A stretch of 64,000 nucleotides of DNA, taken from the NCBI GenBank assembly GCA_003250475.1, contig QKGI01000139.1, positions 26,974 to 90,973 of the forward strand, given 5' to 3'. Both the position numbers and the translations under genes were made by a program. Numbering within the stretch: the stretch's first letter is position 1; each line of letters opens with the position of its first letter. The notes under the pieces are model-generated. The model saw only the letters and a list, made by a program, of their open reading frames with translations. It was not told the DNA's origin and made no database searches. Shown one piece after another: positions 38,171 through 48,465 of this stretch. This stretch comes from Bacteroidota bacterium. Its GTDB lineage: Bacteria > Bacteroidota > Bacteroidia > Bacteroidales > VadinHA17.

Positions 38171-39358
38171 CTATTCAACGTAAAGCACAAGACCTTTAAG
38201 ATACTCACTTTCGGGATGATATATATTGACCGGGTGATCCGGAGGCTGCCCGGTCTGATGCAGTATCCTCACGTTACGGCCGGTATTGGCCGCTGCGACA
38301 AATACTGACCGCCGGAAATCCTCACGACTCACCACCTGCGAGCAGGAATATGTGAACAGTAAACCGCCGGGTTTGATCTTCTTAAGAGCGAGGGCATTAA
38401 GCCTCCTGTAACCCTGGAGGGCCTGGCTGAGGGCTGTCTGGTGCTTGGCGAAGGCAGGCGGGTCAAGCACTATCAGATCATATTCGCTTTTCATCCCTGC
38501 CAGGAAGGTGAAGGCATCAGCAGTAAATGACTTATGACGGCCATCGTTTCCGAAGTTCAGGATCACGTTCTCATCTGCCAGGGCCGTGGCTGTCTCCGAG
38601 CTGTCAACAGTATGAACCCTGGCGGCATTGCTCATGGCATATACCGAGAACCCACCCGTATAACCGAACATGTTCAGAACATTCCGGCCACTGCTGTATT
38701 GGCGTACCAGGTTCCTGTTATCACGCTGGTCGATGAAGAATCCTGTTTTCTGACCCTTTTCCCAGTCGACTCTGAACTTAAAGCCGTTCTCCGTCACGAG
38801 GGCATTGTTCTGGCTGATGCTGCCGCTGATAAGTCCGTTCACAGGCCCCAGTTTAGCCATATAGGGCAGTGTACCCTCGCTCTTGTCATATACCGAGGTT
38901 ACGATATTTCCTGTGATCCCGGGGAGCAGCTCTGCCAACATACCACGCAGGTGCCAGAACCCTGCAGAATGTGCCTGCATAACAGCCATACTCCCATAGA
39001 TATCGATTACCAGGCCGGGAAGCCCGTCTCCTTCTCCATGTACCAGTCTCCAGACATCCGTGTCGCTGCTGCCTGCAAGTCCGGTGTTAATGCGGTATTG
39101 CATGGCATCAGTAAGTTTCTTCCTGAAGAATTCACGATCAGGCTCGCACCTGCTGAAGGAAAAGATCCTCACGGCAATCGAACCGGGCGACCAGTGCCCT
39201 GTAGCCAGGTAGGTACCGTCAGAGGCGAAGACCTCTACCACGTCTCCCTCCTTCAGAGTACCTGGCCCGGTGGCAATCGCCCCCGAAAAAATCCAGGGAT
39301 GATACCTTCTTACCGACTGGTCCTTTCCTTTCTTAAGAGTTATTTTCGAAAGTGTCAT
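38171..39358 (-). CDS. rlmI: class I SAM-dependent rRNA (cytosine-C5) methyltransferase, RlmI-like (PUA + MTase)
   Basis: HPWIFSGAI PUA-like N-terminus; VLNMFGYTGGFS (motif I) and DPPAFAK (motif IV). Confidence 0.75.
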   Translation of the reverse strand: MTLSKITLKKGKDQSVRRYHPWIFSGAIATGPGTLKEGDVVEVFASDGTYLATGHWSPGSIAVRIFSFSRCEPDREFFRKKLTDAMQYRINTGLAGSSDTDVWRLVHGEGDGLPGLVIDIYGSMAVMQAHSAGFWHLRGMLAELLPGITGNIVTSVYDKSEGTLPYMAKLGPVNGLISGSISQNNALVTENGFKFRVDWEKGQKTGFFIDQRDNRNLVRQYSSGRNVLNMFGYTGGFSVYAMSNAARVHTVDSSETATALADENVILNFGNDGRHKSFTADAFTFLAGMKSEYDLIVLDPPAFAKHQTALSQALQGYRRLNALALKKIKPGGLLFTYSCSQVVSREDFRRSVFVAAANTGRNVRILHQTGQPPDHPVNIYHPESEYLKGLVLYVE

Positions 39359-39367
39359 TTAATGCTT

Positions 39368-39979
39368 TTAATGGCTCTCTTTACCATTTAGTGCCTGGTA
39401 TATCCGTCTGCACACCCAGGCGTCGGTGGCTGCATAAACCTGTTGCGCCTCAGTAAGTGCCGGAGCCTCCCAGTTCGACACCTGCTGTGATTTGGAGATC
39501 GAGTAACCCAGGATTATGGCTGACAGTTTCTTCAGGCCCAGTTGTTTTATGCCGTGTTCTGCAACTATGCCCTGCAGGTCGATGAACCCCCCGGGTTCAA
39601 ACTGTGCCAGTGACCGCAGGGCTTTGATGTCGTCATGGATGGCCACACCTGTCTTGATAATATCTTTATCGGCAAGAATGTCTGCCAGCTCAGGAGGCAG
39701 CCCGATCATATTGAGCCTGAAGAGCCATGCACGGTTGCCGTCTGCCAGCTGAAGTAAAGAGACCTTGTTTCTTCTCCCCTTTTTAAATGAGGGCTTTGTC
39801 TCGGTATCAAACCCCATGAGCATGGGCCTGCCCATCTCTGCAATAGCCTGCCTGTATTTCTGAATATTGTCGACAAGAAACACCCTGCCCTCAAACTGCA
39901 ACAGAGGCAGTTTTCTCAGTTCCTCATCCGTTACACTCTCATTAAACGCTTTCGTCATCACCGGGTTCATCATTATCAT
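39368..39979 (-). CDS. WRN-type (DnaQ/RNase D-like) 3'-5' exonuclease
   Basis: GFDTETKP (ExoI), GVAIHDDIKAL (ExoII) and SNWEAPALTEAQQVYAATDAW (ExoIII) are colinear with remembered human WRN exonuclease motifs. The start is uncertain (ATG 39979/39973/39958). It overlaps the upstream DUF5063 gene. Confidence 0.8.
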   Translation of the reverse strand: MIMMNPVMTKAFNESVTDEELRKLPLLQFEGRVFLVDNIQKYRQAIAEMGRPMLMGFDTETKPSFKKGRRNKVSLLQLADGNRAWLFRLNMIGLPPELADILADKDIIKTGVAIHDDIKALRSLAQFEPGGFIDLQGIVAEHGIKQLGLKKLSAIILGYSISKSQQVSNWEAPALTEAQQVYAATDAWVCRRIYQALNGKESH

Positions 39980-40502
39980 CTTTCCCTTCTGCTTCTGAAT
40001 AGAGCACAGTATGAATTGCCGAGAGCACAGTAAGCAGCTTCTTGCCCCAGAACTCCTCAAAATTCATCAGCACCTCCCAGACGGCATCATTCATCACATC
40101 CTCGTTACCGCTCTTATAACTGGCAACAAAGTCCTTGAGATCCTGGTAGATATCAGTAAGACTCTCTGCTATGCTGCCGGTGTAAAGACCATCGGACGGA
40201 TCACCTTCTGATAAAACAACCGGAAAGGGATCATTGTTTCCCATTTTTGAAAGGAGGTTATCATGCATTCTTGTCCAGTCGAACTCAGTAACGGTCTTTT
40301 CATTAGCCTCCTCCATGACAGGTTCAAGCAGGGGCAGCAACGAAGCTCTCAGGTAGATAAACGAAAGGATCCGCTGCATCACTTTAAGTATCTCAATACC
40401 ATTAATATCCTTTGATCCTTCAAGATATTTGCAGTATTCGTTGGCTGATGCCGCAAACTCTACAACCTGGCGTGAGTATATGACTTTTTCTTCGCTGTTC
40501 AT
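39942..40502 (-). CDS. DUF5063 domain protein
   Basis: Helical protein whose sequence pattern I recognise as the Bacteroidota DUF5063 family. It is translationally overlapped with the exonuclease gene. Confidence 0.65.
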   Translation of the reverse strand: MNSEEKVIYSRQVVEFAASANEYCKYLEGSKDINGIEILKVMQRILSFIYLRASLLPLLEPVMEEANEKTVTEFDWTRMHDNLLSKMGNNDPFPVVLSEGDPSDGLYTGSIAESLTDIYQDLKDFVASYKSGNEDVMNDAVWEVLMNFEEFWGKKLLTVLSAIHTVLYSEAEGKDDNDEPGDDESV

Positions 40503-40675
40503 CGTTCAGAATTAATCGACAAAAGTATGAATTTCATCTGAGAATATCCACTTATCAATGCCGTATGGAGACAGGTACGAATGATGTGCAGGTATATTTC
40601 CCACAGTTATGGCAATGATCATTCCGGCTTGTCCCGTCGCAAATAAAATTACACAGACAACATTCCAGAGACTTG

Positions 40676-42586
40676 TCAGTGCTTCCAGGAGAGTCTGTTC
40701 TCCTCGTCGTAATGGAGCTTCTCATGGTCCAGCAGCCACCTTATAACCCTTACGCTCTTCTCCTGCGGCAGATCCATCGCATCCGTAAGCTCTTCAGGCC
40801 TCATCGGGTTCCCGCTTATAATGTCCTTAATCTTTTCTATGATAAGGTCAAATTCATATTTGCTGAGGTCCAGTTCATTCCTCTCCTGGCATGTGTCGCA
40901 CATGCCGCACCTGCCGGTCTCCTCCCCGAAATAACCTGTCAGGAACGCCAGGCGGCAGCGTGTGGTGTTCTCGGCATACCCGGTGATCATGGTCACCCTT
41001 TCAAGATATCTCTCCTTAACCTTAAGGTAAAGATCAGGCGATATCTGCAGGTGATCCCTGTCAAGCCTCTCCTCGGTAAAGATGACAAGAGGGCTCTTCT
41101 TTCCCGGGATAAAGTGAATAATCCCCTGCGAGGCAAGCCTAAGAAGGAACTGGTATATTGCCTCGCGTGTCATCCCGGACCTGCCTGCCATTGCTTCTTC
41201 ATTTATGGGAACAAACTCTGAGAACATGCCGCTGTAGGTTCGCAGCAGCAGTTTGATGAATCTGTCATACTCCTCGTTAGCCACCTGGAATTTGTAAAGA
41301 TCATCGCGGCTAACCACGAAATGGACTCTTGACGGGTTGTTAATCTCATCGGTAAATTCCAGGTATCCCTCTTTCTGAAGGAAATTTAGGCTGTTATAGG
41401 TCTCTGTCACCGAGAACCTGAAAGCTGTCACGAATTTCCAGAGATCGAAATCATGAACGCTGTTCTTCCCTGAGCCTACGGGAAGCTGGTAGAAGTTGCC
41501 GATGGCCTCGTATATATCCTTTATTTTCTCAACTGGAGGAAATTTTATTTTCACCGATTCGGCAAGCTTCCTCTTCTCATCCTGTGACCATAGCAGGACG
41601 GCATATGCTGGTTTGCCGTCCCTGCCCGCACGGCCTGATTCCTGGTAGTATGCCTCTATTGAGTCAGGGCAATCCCAGTGAATGACGAACCTGACATCTG
41701 CCTTATCTATACCCATCCCGAAAGCGTTGGTTGCTACAATAACGCTTACTGCACCGGTAGTCCAGGCATGCTGCTTCCTGTCACGCATCTCCTGGGGCAG
41801 ACCGGCATGATAGAAATCTGCCCGTATACCGTTTGTCACAAGCATCTCGGCCACCTCCTTCGATCTCTTACGGCTGCTGACGTAAATAATGCCGGACCCT
41901 TTTTCCTTTTTCAGGCTACGGAGAATATAGGCGCTCTTATCCTCCACTTCCCTGACCACGTAGGTGATGTTGCTTCTCCTGAAGCTTGTCTGCAGCACCC
42001 TGGGCGACTTCATCTTAAGACGTGAGATGATATCCTTCACAACCTGCGGTGTCGCTGTTGCTGTCAGGGCCAGGAACGGCACTTCATCACCGGTCATGTC
42101 ACGGATGTCAGCTATATGAAGATAGGAAGGCCTGAAGTCATACCCCCACTGTGAGATGCAATGAGCTTCATCTATGGCCACCATGGTGAAGTTGAACCGT
42201 GGGAGCCGTGCTCTGAAGAGAGGTGTCTGCAGCCTCTCAGGACTAACATACAACAGCCGGTAGTCGCCGTAGAGGCAGTTGTCAAGGGATATCTCAACCT
42301 CCTCACGCGTCATGCCGCTGTGAATAGCCATGGCCTTGATATTCATCGACTTCAGCCGTGCAACCTGGTCCTTCATCAGCGCAATCAGTGGCGTGATAAC
42401 GAGACACAGTCCTTCTCCTGCCACAGGTGGCAGCTGGTAAGTGATTGATTTCCCTCCGCCGGTAGGGAGAAGGCCTACAACATCCTTGCCGGAGACCACT
42501 GAATCAATGATCTCCTCCTGCATCGGCCTGAATGAAGTAAATCCCCAGTACCGAGCAAGGGTCTCTCTGTATATGTCCGGTAGCAT
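40676..42586 (-). CDS. recQ: ATP-dependent DNA helicase, RecQ family
   Basis: LPTGGGKS (motif I), DEAHCISQWGYDFRPSY, the RQC zinc cluster (C..C..C..C in RCRLAFLTGYFGEETGRCGMCDTC) and a C-terminal winged-helix-like tail. Confidence 0.9.
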   Translation of the reverse strand: MLPDIYRETLARYWGFTSFRPMQEEIIDSVVSGKDVVGLLPTGGGKSITYQLPPVAGEGLCLVITPLIALMKDQVARLKSMNIKAMAIHSGMTREEVEISLDNCLYGDYRLLYVSPERLQTPLFRARLPRFNFTMVAIDEAHCISQWGYDFRPSYLHIADIRDMTGDEVPFLALTATATPQVVKDIISRLKMKSPRVLQTSFRRSNITYVVREVEDKSAYILRSLKKEKGSGIIYVSSRKRSKEVAEMLVTNGIRADFYHAGLPQEMRDRKQHAWTTGAVSVIVATNAFGMGIDKADVRFVIHWDCPDSIEAYYQESGRAGRDGKPAYAVLLWSQDEKRKLAESVKIKFPPVEKIKDIYEAIGNFYQLPVGSGKNSVHDFDLWKFVTAFRFSVTETYNSLNFLQKEGYLEFTDEINNPSRVHFVVSRDDLYKFQVANEEYDRFIKLLLRTYSGMFSEFVPINEEAMAGRSGMTREAIYQFLLRLASQGIIHFIPGKKSPLVIFTEERLDRDHLQISPDLYLKVKERYLERVTMITGYAENTTRCRLAFLTGYFGEETGRCGMCDTCQERNELDLSKYEFDLIIEKIKDIISGNPMRPEELTDAMDLPQEKSVRVIRWLLDHEKLHYDEENRLSWKH

Positions 42587-42713
42587 CGTTCTGCAGCCTG
42601 ATTAATACAAATTTAATAACTCAATCGCACTTTTAACCTTTTATTGACATTTTAGATATGCCGGTGCATATCAATTTTTTGTAATTTTCGCCCCAAGAAA
42701 AAAACCTTGCCAG

Positions 42714-44204
42714 ATGACATTCTCTGAAGATAAACTGCTTTTCGAAGGTCTTACCTTTGATGACGTGCTTCTTCTTCCTTCTTATTCGGAAGTCCTGCCC
42801 TGCGATGTTGATCTGAGATCGATGTTCACCCGCAACATTAAAATCAACACCCCTATTGTTTCCGCCGCCATGGACACGGTTACCGATGCCGAGCTGGCCA
42901 TAGCCATTGCCCGTGAGGGAGGCATCGGAGTGATACACAAGAACATGTCGGTAGGACAGCAGGCTGCCCAGGTGAGAAAGGTAAAGCGTGCTGAGAGTGT
43001 AATGATCTTTGACCCGGTCACCATAGGTGACAGCGCCACCGTGGCTGATGCCCTGGCTCTGATGAAGGAGTTCAAGATCGGCGGAATACCTGTCATCAGT
43101 GATGACGGCGCCCTGGTTGGCATAGTCACCAACCGCGATCTGAGGTTTGAAACAGACTATTCACGCCGTATAAGTGAGATCATGACACCACTGGGAAAGC
43201 TTATCACACTGAGTCACCAGACTGATCTTGCTGCTGCTGCAGAGATACTTCAGAAACACAAAATCGAAAAGCTTCCTATCGTCGATGACAAGGGACGATT
43301 GAAGGGGCTGGTGACATATAAGGACATCACCAAGGCAAAGGACAGGCCCAGTGCATGCAAGGATGAGAAAGGGCGCCTGAGAGTGGCTGCTGCAGTAGGT
43401 ACGGCACCCAACACGCTCTCAAGGGTCGAAGCTCTTGTCGGAGCAGGTGTTGACGCCATAGCTATTGACACCGCTCACGGGCACACGGCAAGTGTCATAA
43501 GTATCCTCAGGGAGATAAAGAAGATCTTTCCGGGAACAGAGATCGTGGTTGGAAATATAGGCACGGCTGACGCGGCCAGGAAGCTTGTTGATGAGGGAGC
43601 TGACGCGGTTAAGGTAGGGATTGGCCCCGGCTCGATTTGTACCACTAGGGTCGTTGCAGGGGTTGGTGTACCCCAGCTTTCAGCAATATATAATGTAGCC
43701 AGGGCCATTGAGGGCAGCGGCGTGCCGGTGATTGCTGACGGTGGCATCCGCTACTCAGGCGATATAGTAAAGGCGATAGCCGCCGGTGCCGACAGCGTAA
43801 TGGCCGGATCACTCTTTGCCGGCGTGGAGGAATCCCCCGGTGAAACAATAATCTACAACGGGAGAAAATTCAAGACCTACCGTGGCATGGGATCCGTCGA
43901 AGCCATGCAGATGGGCTCTAAAGACCGCTACTTCCAGGAGACAGAGAATGACGTACATAAACTGGTGCCTGAAGGTATCACGGCAAGGGTGCCCTACAAA
44001 GGAACACTCAGCGAGGTGATATACCAGTTCCTCGGGGGACTGCGTTCCGGGATGGGTTACTGCGGAGCATCCGACATACCGGCTCTCAAACGTGACGGCA
44101 GGTTTGTCAGGATCACCAATGCCGGCGTCATTGAGAGTCATCCTCATGACGTTACCATCACGCGGGAGGCGCCCAACTACAGCCGTAAGACAAACGAATA
44201 TTGA
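42714..44204 (+). CDS. guaB: IMP dehydrogenase
   Basis: [11 protein letters not shown]-terminus, CBS pair, catalytic [11 protein letters not shown] loop and GGIRYSGD. Confidence 0.95.
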   Translation: MTFSEDKLLFEGLTFDDVLLLPSYSEVLPCDVDLRSMFTRNIKINTPIVSAAMDTVTDAELAIAIAREGGIGVIHKNMSVGQQAAQVRKVKRAESVMIFDPVTIGDSATVADALALMKEFKIGGIPVISDDGALVGIVTNRDLRFETDYSRRISEIMTPLGKLITLSHQTDLAAAAEILQKHKIEKLPIVDDKGRLKGLVTYKDITKAKDRPSACKDEKGRLRVAAAVGTAPNTLSRVEALVGAGVDAIAIDTAHGHTASVISILREIKKIFPGTEIVVGNIGTADAARKLVDEGADAVKVGIGPGSICTTRVVAGVGVPQLSAIYNVARAIEGSGVPVIADGGIRYSGDIVKAIAAGADSVMAGSLFAGVEESPGETIIYNGRKFKTYRGMGSVEAMQMGSKDRYFQETENDVHKLVPEGITARVPYKGTLSEVIYQFLGGLRSGMGYCGASDIPALKRDGRFVRITNAGVIESHPHDVTITREAPNYSRKTNEY

Positions 44205-45055
44205 TGATGACACGTATCATAGTCCCACTGGTGCTTCTTATACTGGTCTCCTGCAGCGGCGTGCGCAAGGATACGGAACGTATTGCCGTGGCCCGTGCAG
44301 GCGACAGGGTGCTCTACCTTGACCAGATACCTGCCGGACTGGTGGTGGATGGAATGAGCAGGACAGACAGCATCTCAGCAGTACAAAGCTTCATAAGACA
44401 GTGGTCACGTAAAGAGCTGCTGGCCCTGCGGGCGGAGGAGAACCTGACACCGGAGTACAAGGCTGAAGTGAACAGACAGCTCAACGAGATGAGGAATAAC
44501 CTCCTTATATATCAGTACCAGCAACAGATGATACTGCAAAAGCTTGACACTGTCGTTACTGACAGTGAACTGCAGGATTTCTACGTAAGCAACCTGAACA
44601 CCTTCACACTGACAACCAACCTGGTAAAGGCATTATTTATCAAGGCGCCCGCAGGGATGCCGGAACTGGACAAAATAAGGAGACTTTACAGGTCGCAGGA
44701 TCCCGGTAATCTGAATGAACTGGAGGATCTGTGTTACCAGTATTCACTTCGTTATGATGACTTCAATGAGGAGTGGATTCCTTTCAACCATGTCCTGCTG
44801 GAAGTGCCGCTTGACTCTGACAACCAGGATCAGTGGTTATCCCGCAACAGCTCAGTGGAGCTGAAAGATGCCAATTATTTTTATTTCCTGGCTATCAGGG
44901 AGTACAGGCTTAAAAACAGCACCGCCCCCTTCGAATATATCAGGGGGCAGGTCAGGACTATTATACTTAACTACCGCAGGAACGATTTCCTGCAGAAACT
45001 TGAAGACGGTATTTACAATGAGGCTGTCAGGAATAATACCCTGAAGGTCTATTAG
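44204..45055 (+). CDS. SurA/PpiC-like periplasmic chaperone lipoprotein (degenerate parvulin-like domain)
   Basis: Lipobox LVSC; conserved position between guaB and the SurA-like gene. TGATG overlap with the guaB stop. No intact rotamase motif is seen. Confidence 0.5.
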   Translation: MMTRIIVPLVLLILVSCSGVRKDTERIAVARAGDRVLYLDQIPAGLVVDGMSRTDSISAVQSFIRQWSRKELLALRAEENLTPEYKAEVNRQLNEMRNNLLIYQYQQQMILQKLDTVVTDSELQDFYVSNLNTFTLTTNLVKALFIKAPAGMPELDKIRRLYRSQDPGNLNELEDLCYQYSLRYDDFNEEWIPFNHVLLEVPLDSDNQDQWLSRNSSVELKDANYFYFLAIREYRLKNSTAPFEYIRGQVRTIILNYRRNDFLQKLEDGIYNEAVRNNTLKVY

Positions 45056-45060
45056 AAGAT

Positions 45061-46419
45061 ATGAGAAGAATGAAAAGAAACATTATTACCATTTGCGCAC
45101 TGATCGTGCTGGCGGGGTACAGTGCATCCGGACAGCAGATTGTTGAATCTATTGTTGCTGTTGTAGGCAATGAGGTCATCTACCTCTCAGATATAGAGGG
45201 ACAGGTAGTACAGCTTAAGGCAGAGAGAGACCCGACACCGGTGGATGAGCTACGCTGTCGCATATTTGAAGACCAGCTGGTGCAGAAGCTCTTCCTTGAC
45301 CAGGCGCGCATAGACTCAATAGAGGTGTCACCTGAGACGGTCGAGGCGGATCTCAACAGCAGGCTCACTGACTACATCAGGCGTGCCGGCTCCGAACAGG
45401 CCCTGGAGAACTACTTCAACAAGAGCATGGCAGAGATCAGGAAAGACCTGCGCGAGATGCTCACTAACCAGTACATTGTCCAGGAGACGCAGGGGACTAT
45501 AGCCCAGAATATCACCGTCACCCCTGATGAAATAAAAAAATACTATAACAGTATCCCGAAAGACTCTCTCCCACTGGTGCCCAGAAAGGTACAGCTCAGT
45601 ATGATCTCCGTTGAGCCTCCTGACATGGAGGAGAGCAAGGCAGAGGTGCGTCAGAGGCTTCTTGACCTCCGCAGCCGTATCATCAACGGGGAAAGCTTCA
45701 GCACGCTGGCTATACTCTATTCTGAGGATCCGGGTACGGCACCCAAGGGTGGTGAGCTTGGTTACACCACAAGGGGTGAGCTGGCAAAACCATATGCTGA
45801 AGCAGCATGGAGCCTGAAAAAAGACGCAGTATCCAAAATTGTCGAGACCGAATTCGGGTTTCATATTATTCAGCTTATCGACAGGAAGGGCGATATGGTC
45901 AACTCACGTCATATTCTCATGAAGCCCAAACTCTCAGCAGAACAGACCGAATGGGCTATCCTCAAGCTTGACAGTATTGCTGACCTGGTACGTGGTGACA
46001 GTATTTCATTTGCCCGTGCTGCCATGTGGTTTTCATCTGACAAAGCCACCAGGGCCAACGGAGGCAGGATGGTCAAGGAGAACCCTGTTGACAGGGTTAC
46101 CTGGCTGACCCTCGATGAGCTGCCACGTGAGATCAACCTGGTGGTGCGCAACATGCGTACCGGAGAGATATCAGAGCCTTTCCGCACCACAGACTCAAAG
46201 GGCAACAGTGTTTATTGTATTGTGAAGCTCGACGATGAGGTGGCACCCCACAGGGTGAATCTGAAGGACGACTACAACTACCTCTCCGAAGCTGCACTGA
46301 GGAACAAGCAGAGCAAGATATACGAGGAATGGATCACTGAAAAGATCAGGAAGACTTACATACGCATCAGTGATGAGTTCCGGGGGTGCACGTTCCACTA
46401 TTCCGGATGGTTCGAATAG
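45061..46419 (+). CDS. SurA-like peptidyl-prolyl cis-trans isomerase (parvulin type)
   Basis: Signal peptide, SurA_N-like region and a parvulin motif (SRHILMKP preceded by ETEFGFHIIQL). Confidence 0.75.
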   Translation: MRRMKRNIITICALIVLAGYSASGQQIVESIVAVVGNEVIYLSDIEGQVVQLKAERDPTPVDELRCRIFEDQLVQKLFLDQARIDSIEVSPETVEADLNSRLTDYIRRAGSEQALENYFNKSMAEIRKDLREMLTNQYIVQETQGTIAQNITVTPDEIKKYYNSIPKDSLPLVPRKVQLSMISVEPPDMEESKAEVRQRLLDLRSRIINGESFSTLAILYSEDPGTAPKGGELGYTTRGELAKPYAEAAWSLKKDAVSKIVETEFGFHIIQLIDRKGDMVNSRHILMKPKLSAEQTEWAILKLDSIADLVRGDSISFARAAMWFSSDKATRANGGRMVKENPVDRVTWLTLDELPREINLVVRNMRTGEISEPFRTTDSKGNSVYCIVKLDDEVAPHRVNLKDDYNYLSEAALRNKQSKIYEEWITEKIRKTYIRISDEFRGCTFHYSGWFE

Positions 46420-48047
46420 ACAAGATAACGATTACGCGCTTTCTCACTCTCCCGGCGGTATATCTTATCATACCGTGGCTCGTCCTGTTGATACCGCATA
46501 ATGCTGCCGCCCAGGAGACCGGCGGGCGTCGCCGGATAGAGATAATGCACTCGGATGCAATGAGGTTTGAACGTATCGAAGGCCGTTCCCGCAACCGGCT
46601 TAACGGCAACGTGAGCCTTAAACACAATGACCTTTACATGAAGTGCGACAGCGCCTGGTATTATGACGATACCAACCAGGTGTACGCATATAATGACATA
46701 CATATATGGCAGGGCGACACAATCCATATATGGGGACAGTATCTCTCATATAACGGTGATACAGGCAAGGCTTTTCTTACTGACAGTGTGACACTTGCCG
46801 ACAAGGAGATGAAGCTCTTCACAGATAAGATCGACTACGATGTGAATACGCAGGTAGCCATGTATAATACTGGCGGCAGGATTCTCAGCGGGGAGAATAC
46901 ACTGACAAGTATTACCGGCATTTATTACTCTGAGAGGAAGATGCTGCATTTCCGTGACAGCGTCAGGATAGTGAATCCTGATTATGTCATGACTGCTGAC
47001 ACCATGCGATATGACACAAACCGTGAGATAGCCTGGTTTGACGGACCGATGGAGGCTGTTGGCGACAGCATTTACCTCTATTGTGAGAACGGCTGGAGCG
47101 ACACACGCAATGACGTTTCACAACTGATGAAAAACGCTGTCCTTGACAACCGTGAACAGCGCATCACCGGTGACACATTATGGTATGATGAAAAGAACGG
47201 GCAGGGAGAGGGCTTTGGCCATGTCACCATCACTGACACTACCGATAATGTCACCGGCGGCGGCGATTATGCCTGGTACTTCAAGCGTCCCGAGCGTTTC
47301 CTCCTTACAGGAGCACCCTGGTTTACCCTTTATTCCGAAGACGACACGGTGACTCTCAGAGCCGACACCCTGAGGGCTGTGCCTGTCACCGATACAGCAG
47401 GCTTAAACCACAGGTTGCTGAGAGCTTATTACGGTTGTACGATATTCAGCAATGAGATGCAGGGCCGCTGCGACTCACTCTCATACTCCTTCCTCGATTC
47501 CGTTATAAGGATGTATGACGACCCCATCGTCTGGTCACGTGAGAACCAGATGACAGCCGACTCCATCGCACTCTACACTGTAAACAGCAAAGCCGACCAT
47601 ATGGAGCTGTATAACAAGGCTTTCGTTGTGAGTTCCGTTGATACGGCCCGTTTTGACCAGATAAGCGGGAAGAATCTATCAGGGTATTTTACAGACAACA
47701 AGCTTGCCAGAATAAAGGTGACAGGCAACGGGGAGGCAATCTATTACGTGGTTGACGGCAATGAGCTTGTTGGGGTCAACAGGGCGCGCAGCGCCACCAT
47801 CGAGATATTCATTGAAGAGGGGAAGATTGCGGAGATATACCAGAACCAGAGCCCTGACGGTACCATGGACCCGCCTCTGTTCAAGCCTGACAGCGAGATG
47901 AGGCTTGAAGGTTTCAGGTGGCATCCCGAGCTGAGGCCTGACAGAAGAATTGAAGGCAGGCCACCTGTTACAGAACCGCCCGAAGAAGAAGAGTCAGTTA
48001 ATGATGAGAAGGAGGAGACGGTCGCTGTCACGGCCCTTGATACCTGA
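46407..48047 (+). CDS. OstA-like (LptA/LptD N-terminal fold) repeat protein with acidic C-terminal tail
   Basis: Repeated beta-jellyroll-like D(T/S)..YD motifs typical of OstA_N-family proteins. I prefer ATG 46407, which overlaps the end of the SurA-like gene. Confidence 0.6.
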   Translation: MVRIDKITITRFLTLPAVYLIIPWLVLLIPHNAAAQETGGRRRIEIMHSDAMRFERIEGRSRNRLNGNVSLKHNDLYMKCDSAWYYDDTNQVYAYNDIHIWQGDTIHIWGQYLSYNGDTGKAFLTDSVTLADKEMKLFTDKIDYDVNTQVAMYNTGGRILSGENTLTSITGIYYSERKMLHFRDSVRIVNPDYVMTADTMRYDTNREIAWFDGPMEAVGDSIYLYCENGWSDTRNDVSQLMKNAVLDNREQRITGDTLWYDEKNGQGEGFGHVTITDTTDNVTGGGDYAWYFKRPERFLLTGAPWFTLYSEDDTVTLRADTLRAVPVTDTAGLNHRLLRAYYGCTIFSNEMQGRCDSLSYSFLDSVIRMYDDPIVWSRENQMTADSIALYTVNSKADHMELYNKAFVVSSVDTARFDQISGKNLSGYFTDNKLARIKVTGNGEAIYYVVDGNELVGVNRARSATIEIFIEEGKIAEIYQNQSPDGTMDPPLFKPDSEMRLEGFRWHPELRPDRRIEGRPPVTEPPEEEESVNDEKEETVAVTALDT

Positions 48048-48086
48048 CCCGTTAATTGATCCTGCCTGAACAGACCCTAAAATGCC

Positions 48087-48129
48087 GGGGTGCCTGCAAC
48101 TGTCATTTTCTGACATCTCCAGGCACCCC
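48087..48129. terminator. hairpin between convergent OstA-like and DUF2795 genes
   Basis: GGGGTGCCTG (48087-48096) pairs with CAGGCACCCC (48120-48129). The flanking T-runs are weak. Confidence 0.4.
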
Positions 48130-48152
48130 GTACATGTATAGCAAATGAACTG

Positions 48153-48374
48153 CTAGTATTCGTCTTCGTTGAAGAAGAAATCGTCCTTTGATGGATAATC
48201 AGGCCAGATATCTTCGATGCTCTCGTAGATATCTCCCTCATCTTCAATCTCCTGCAGGTTCTCTATGACTTCCATAGGGGCACCTGAGCGGATGGCATAA
48301 TCAATAAGCTCGTCTTTTGTGGCGGGCCAGGGCGCATCTTCAAGTTTTGATGCTAATTCAAGTGTCCAGTACAT
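48153..48374 (-). CDS. DUF2795-domain small protein
   Basis: PATKDELIDYAIRSGAPMEVIENLQ matches my memory of DUF2795. I chose ATG 48374, because the longer ORF overlaps the upstream gene. Confidence 0.65.
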   Translation of the reverse strand: MYWTLELASKLEDAPWPATKDELIDYAIRSGAPMEVIENLQEIEDEGDIYESIEDIWPDYPSKDDFFFNEDEY

Positions 48375-48465
48375 TATCGAGAAAGTTATAATATTACCCT
48401 TCGTAAAGTCCGCAAATATAAAATTATTTAGAATAAAAAAAGAGTTAGGAGAACTTTTATCCGGA

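Noticed and set aside
38534-39391. 285-aa plus-strand ORF, the longest of many long antisense ORFs (others include 35175-35822, 54710-55321, 5585-6190 and 23381-23971)
   Set aside because: Each is fully antisense to a gene with strong family motifs (rlmI, ptrB, rnfC, GH3, rocD). The translations are Arg/Ser/Pro-rich without recognisable domains, which is typical of shadow ORFs.
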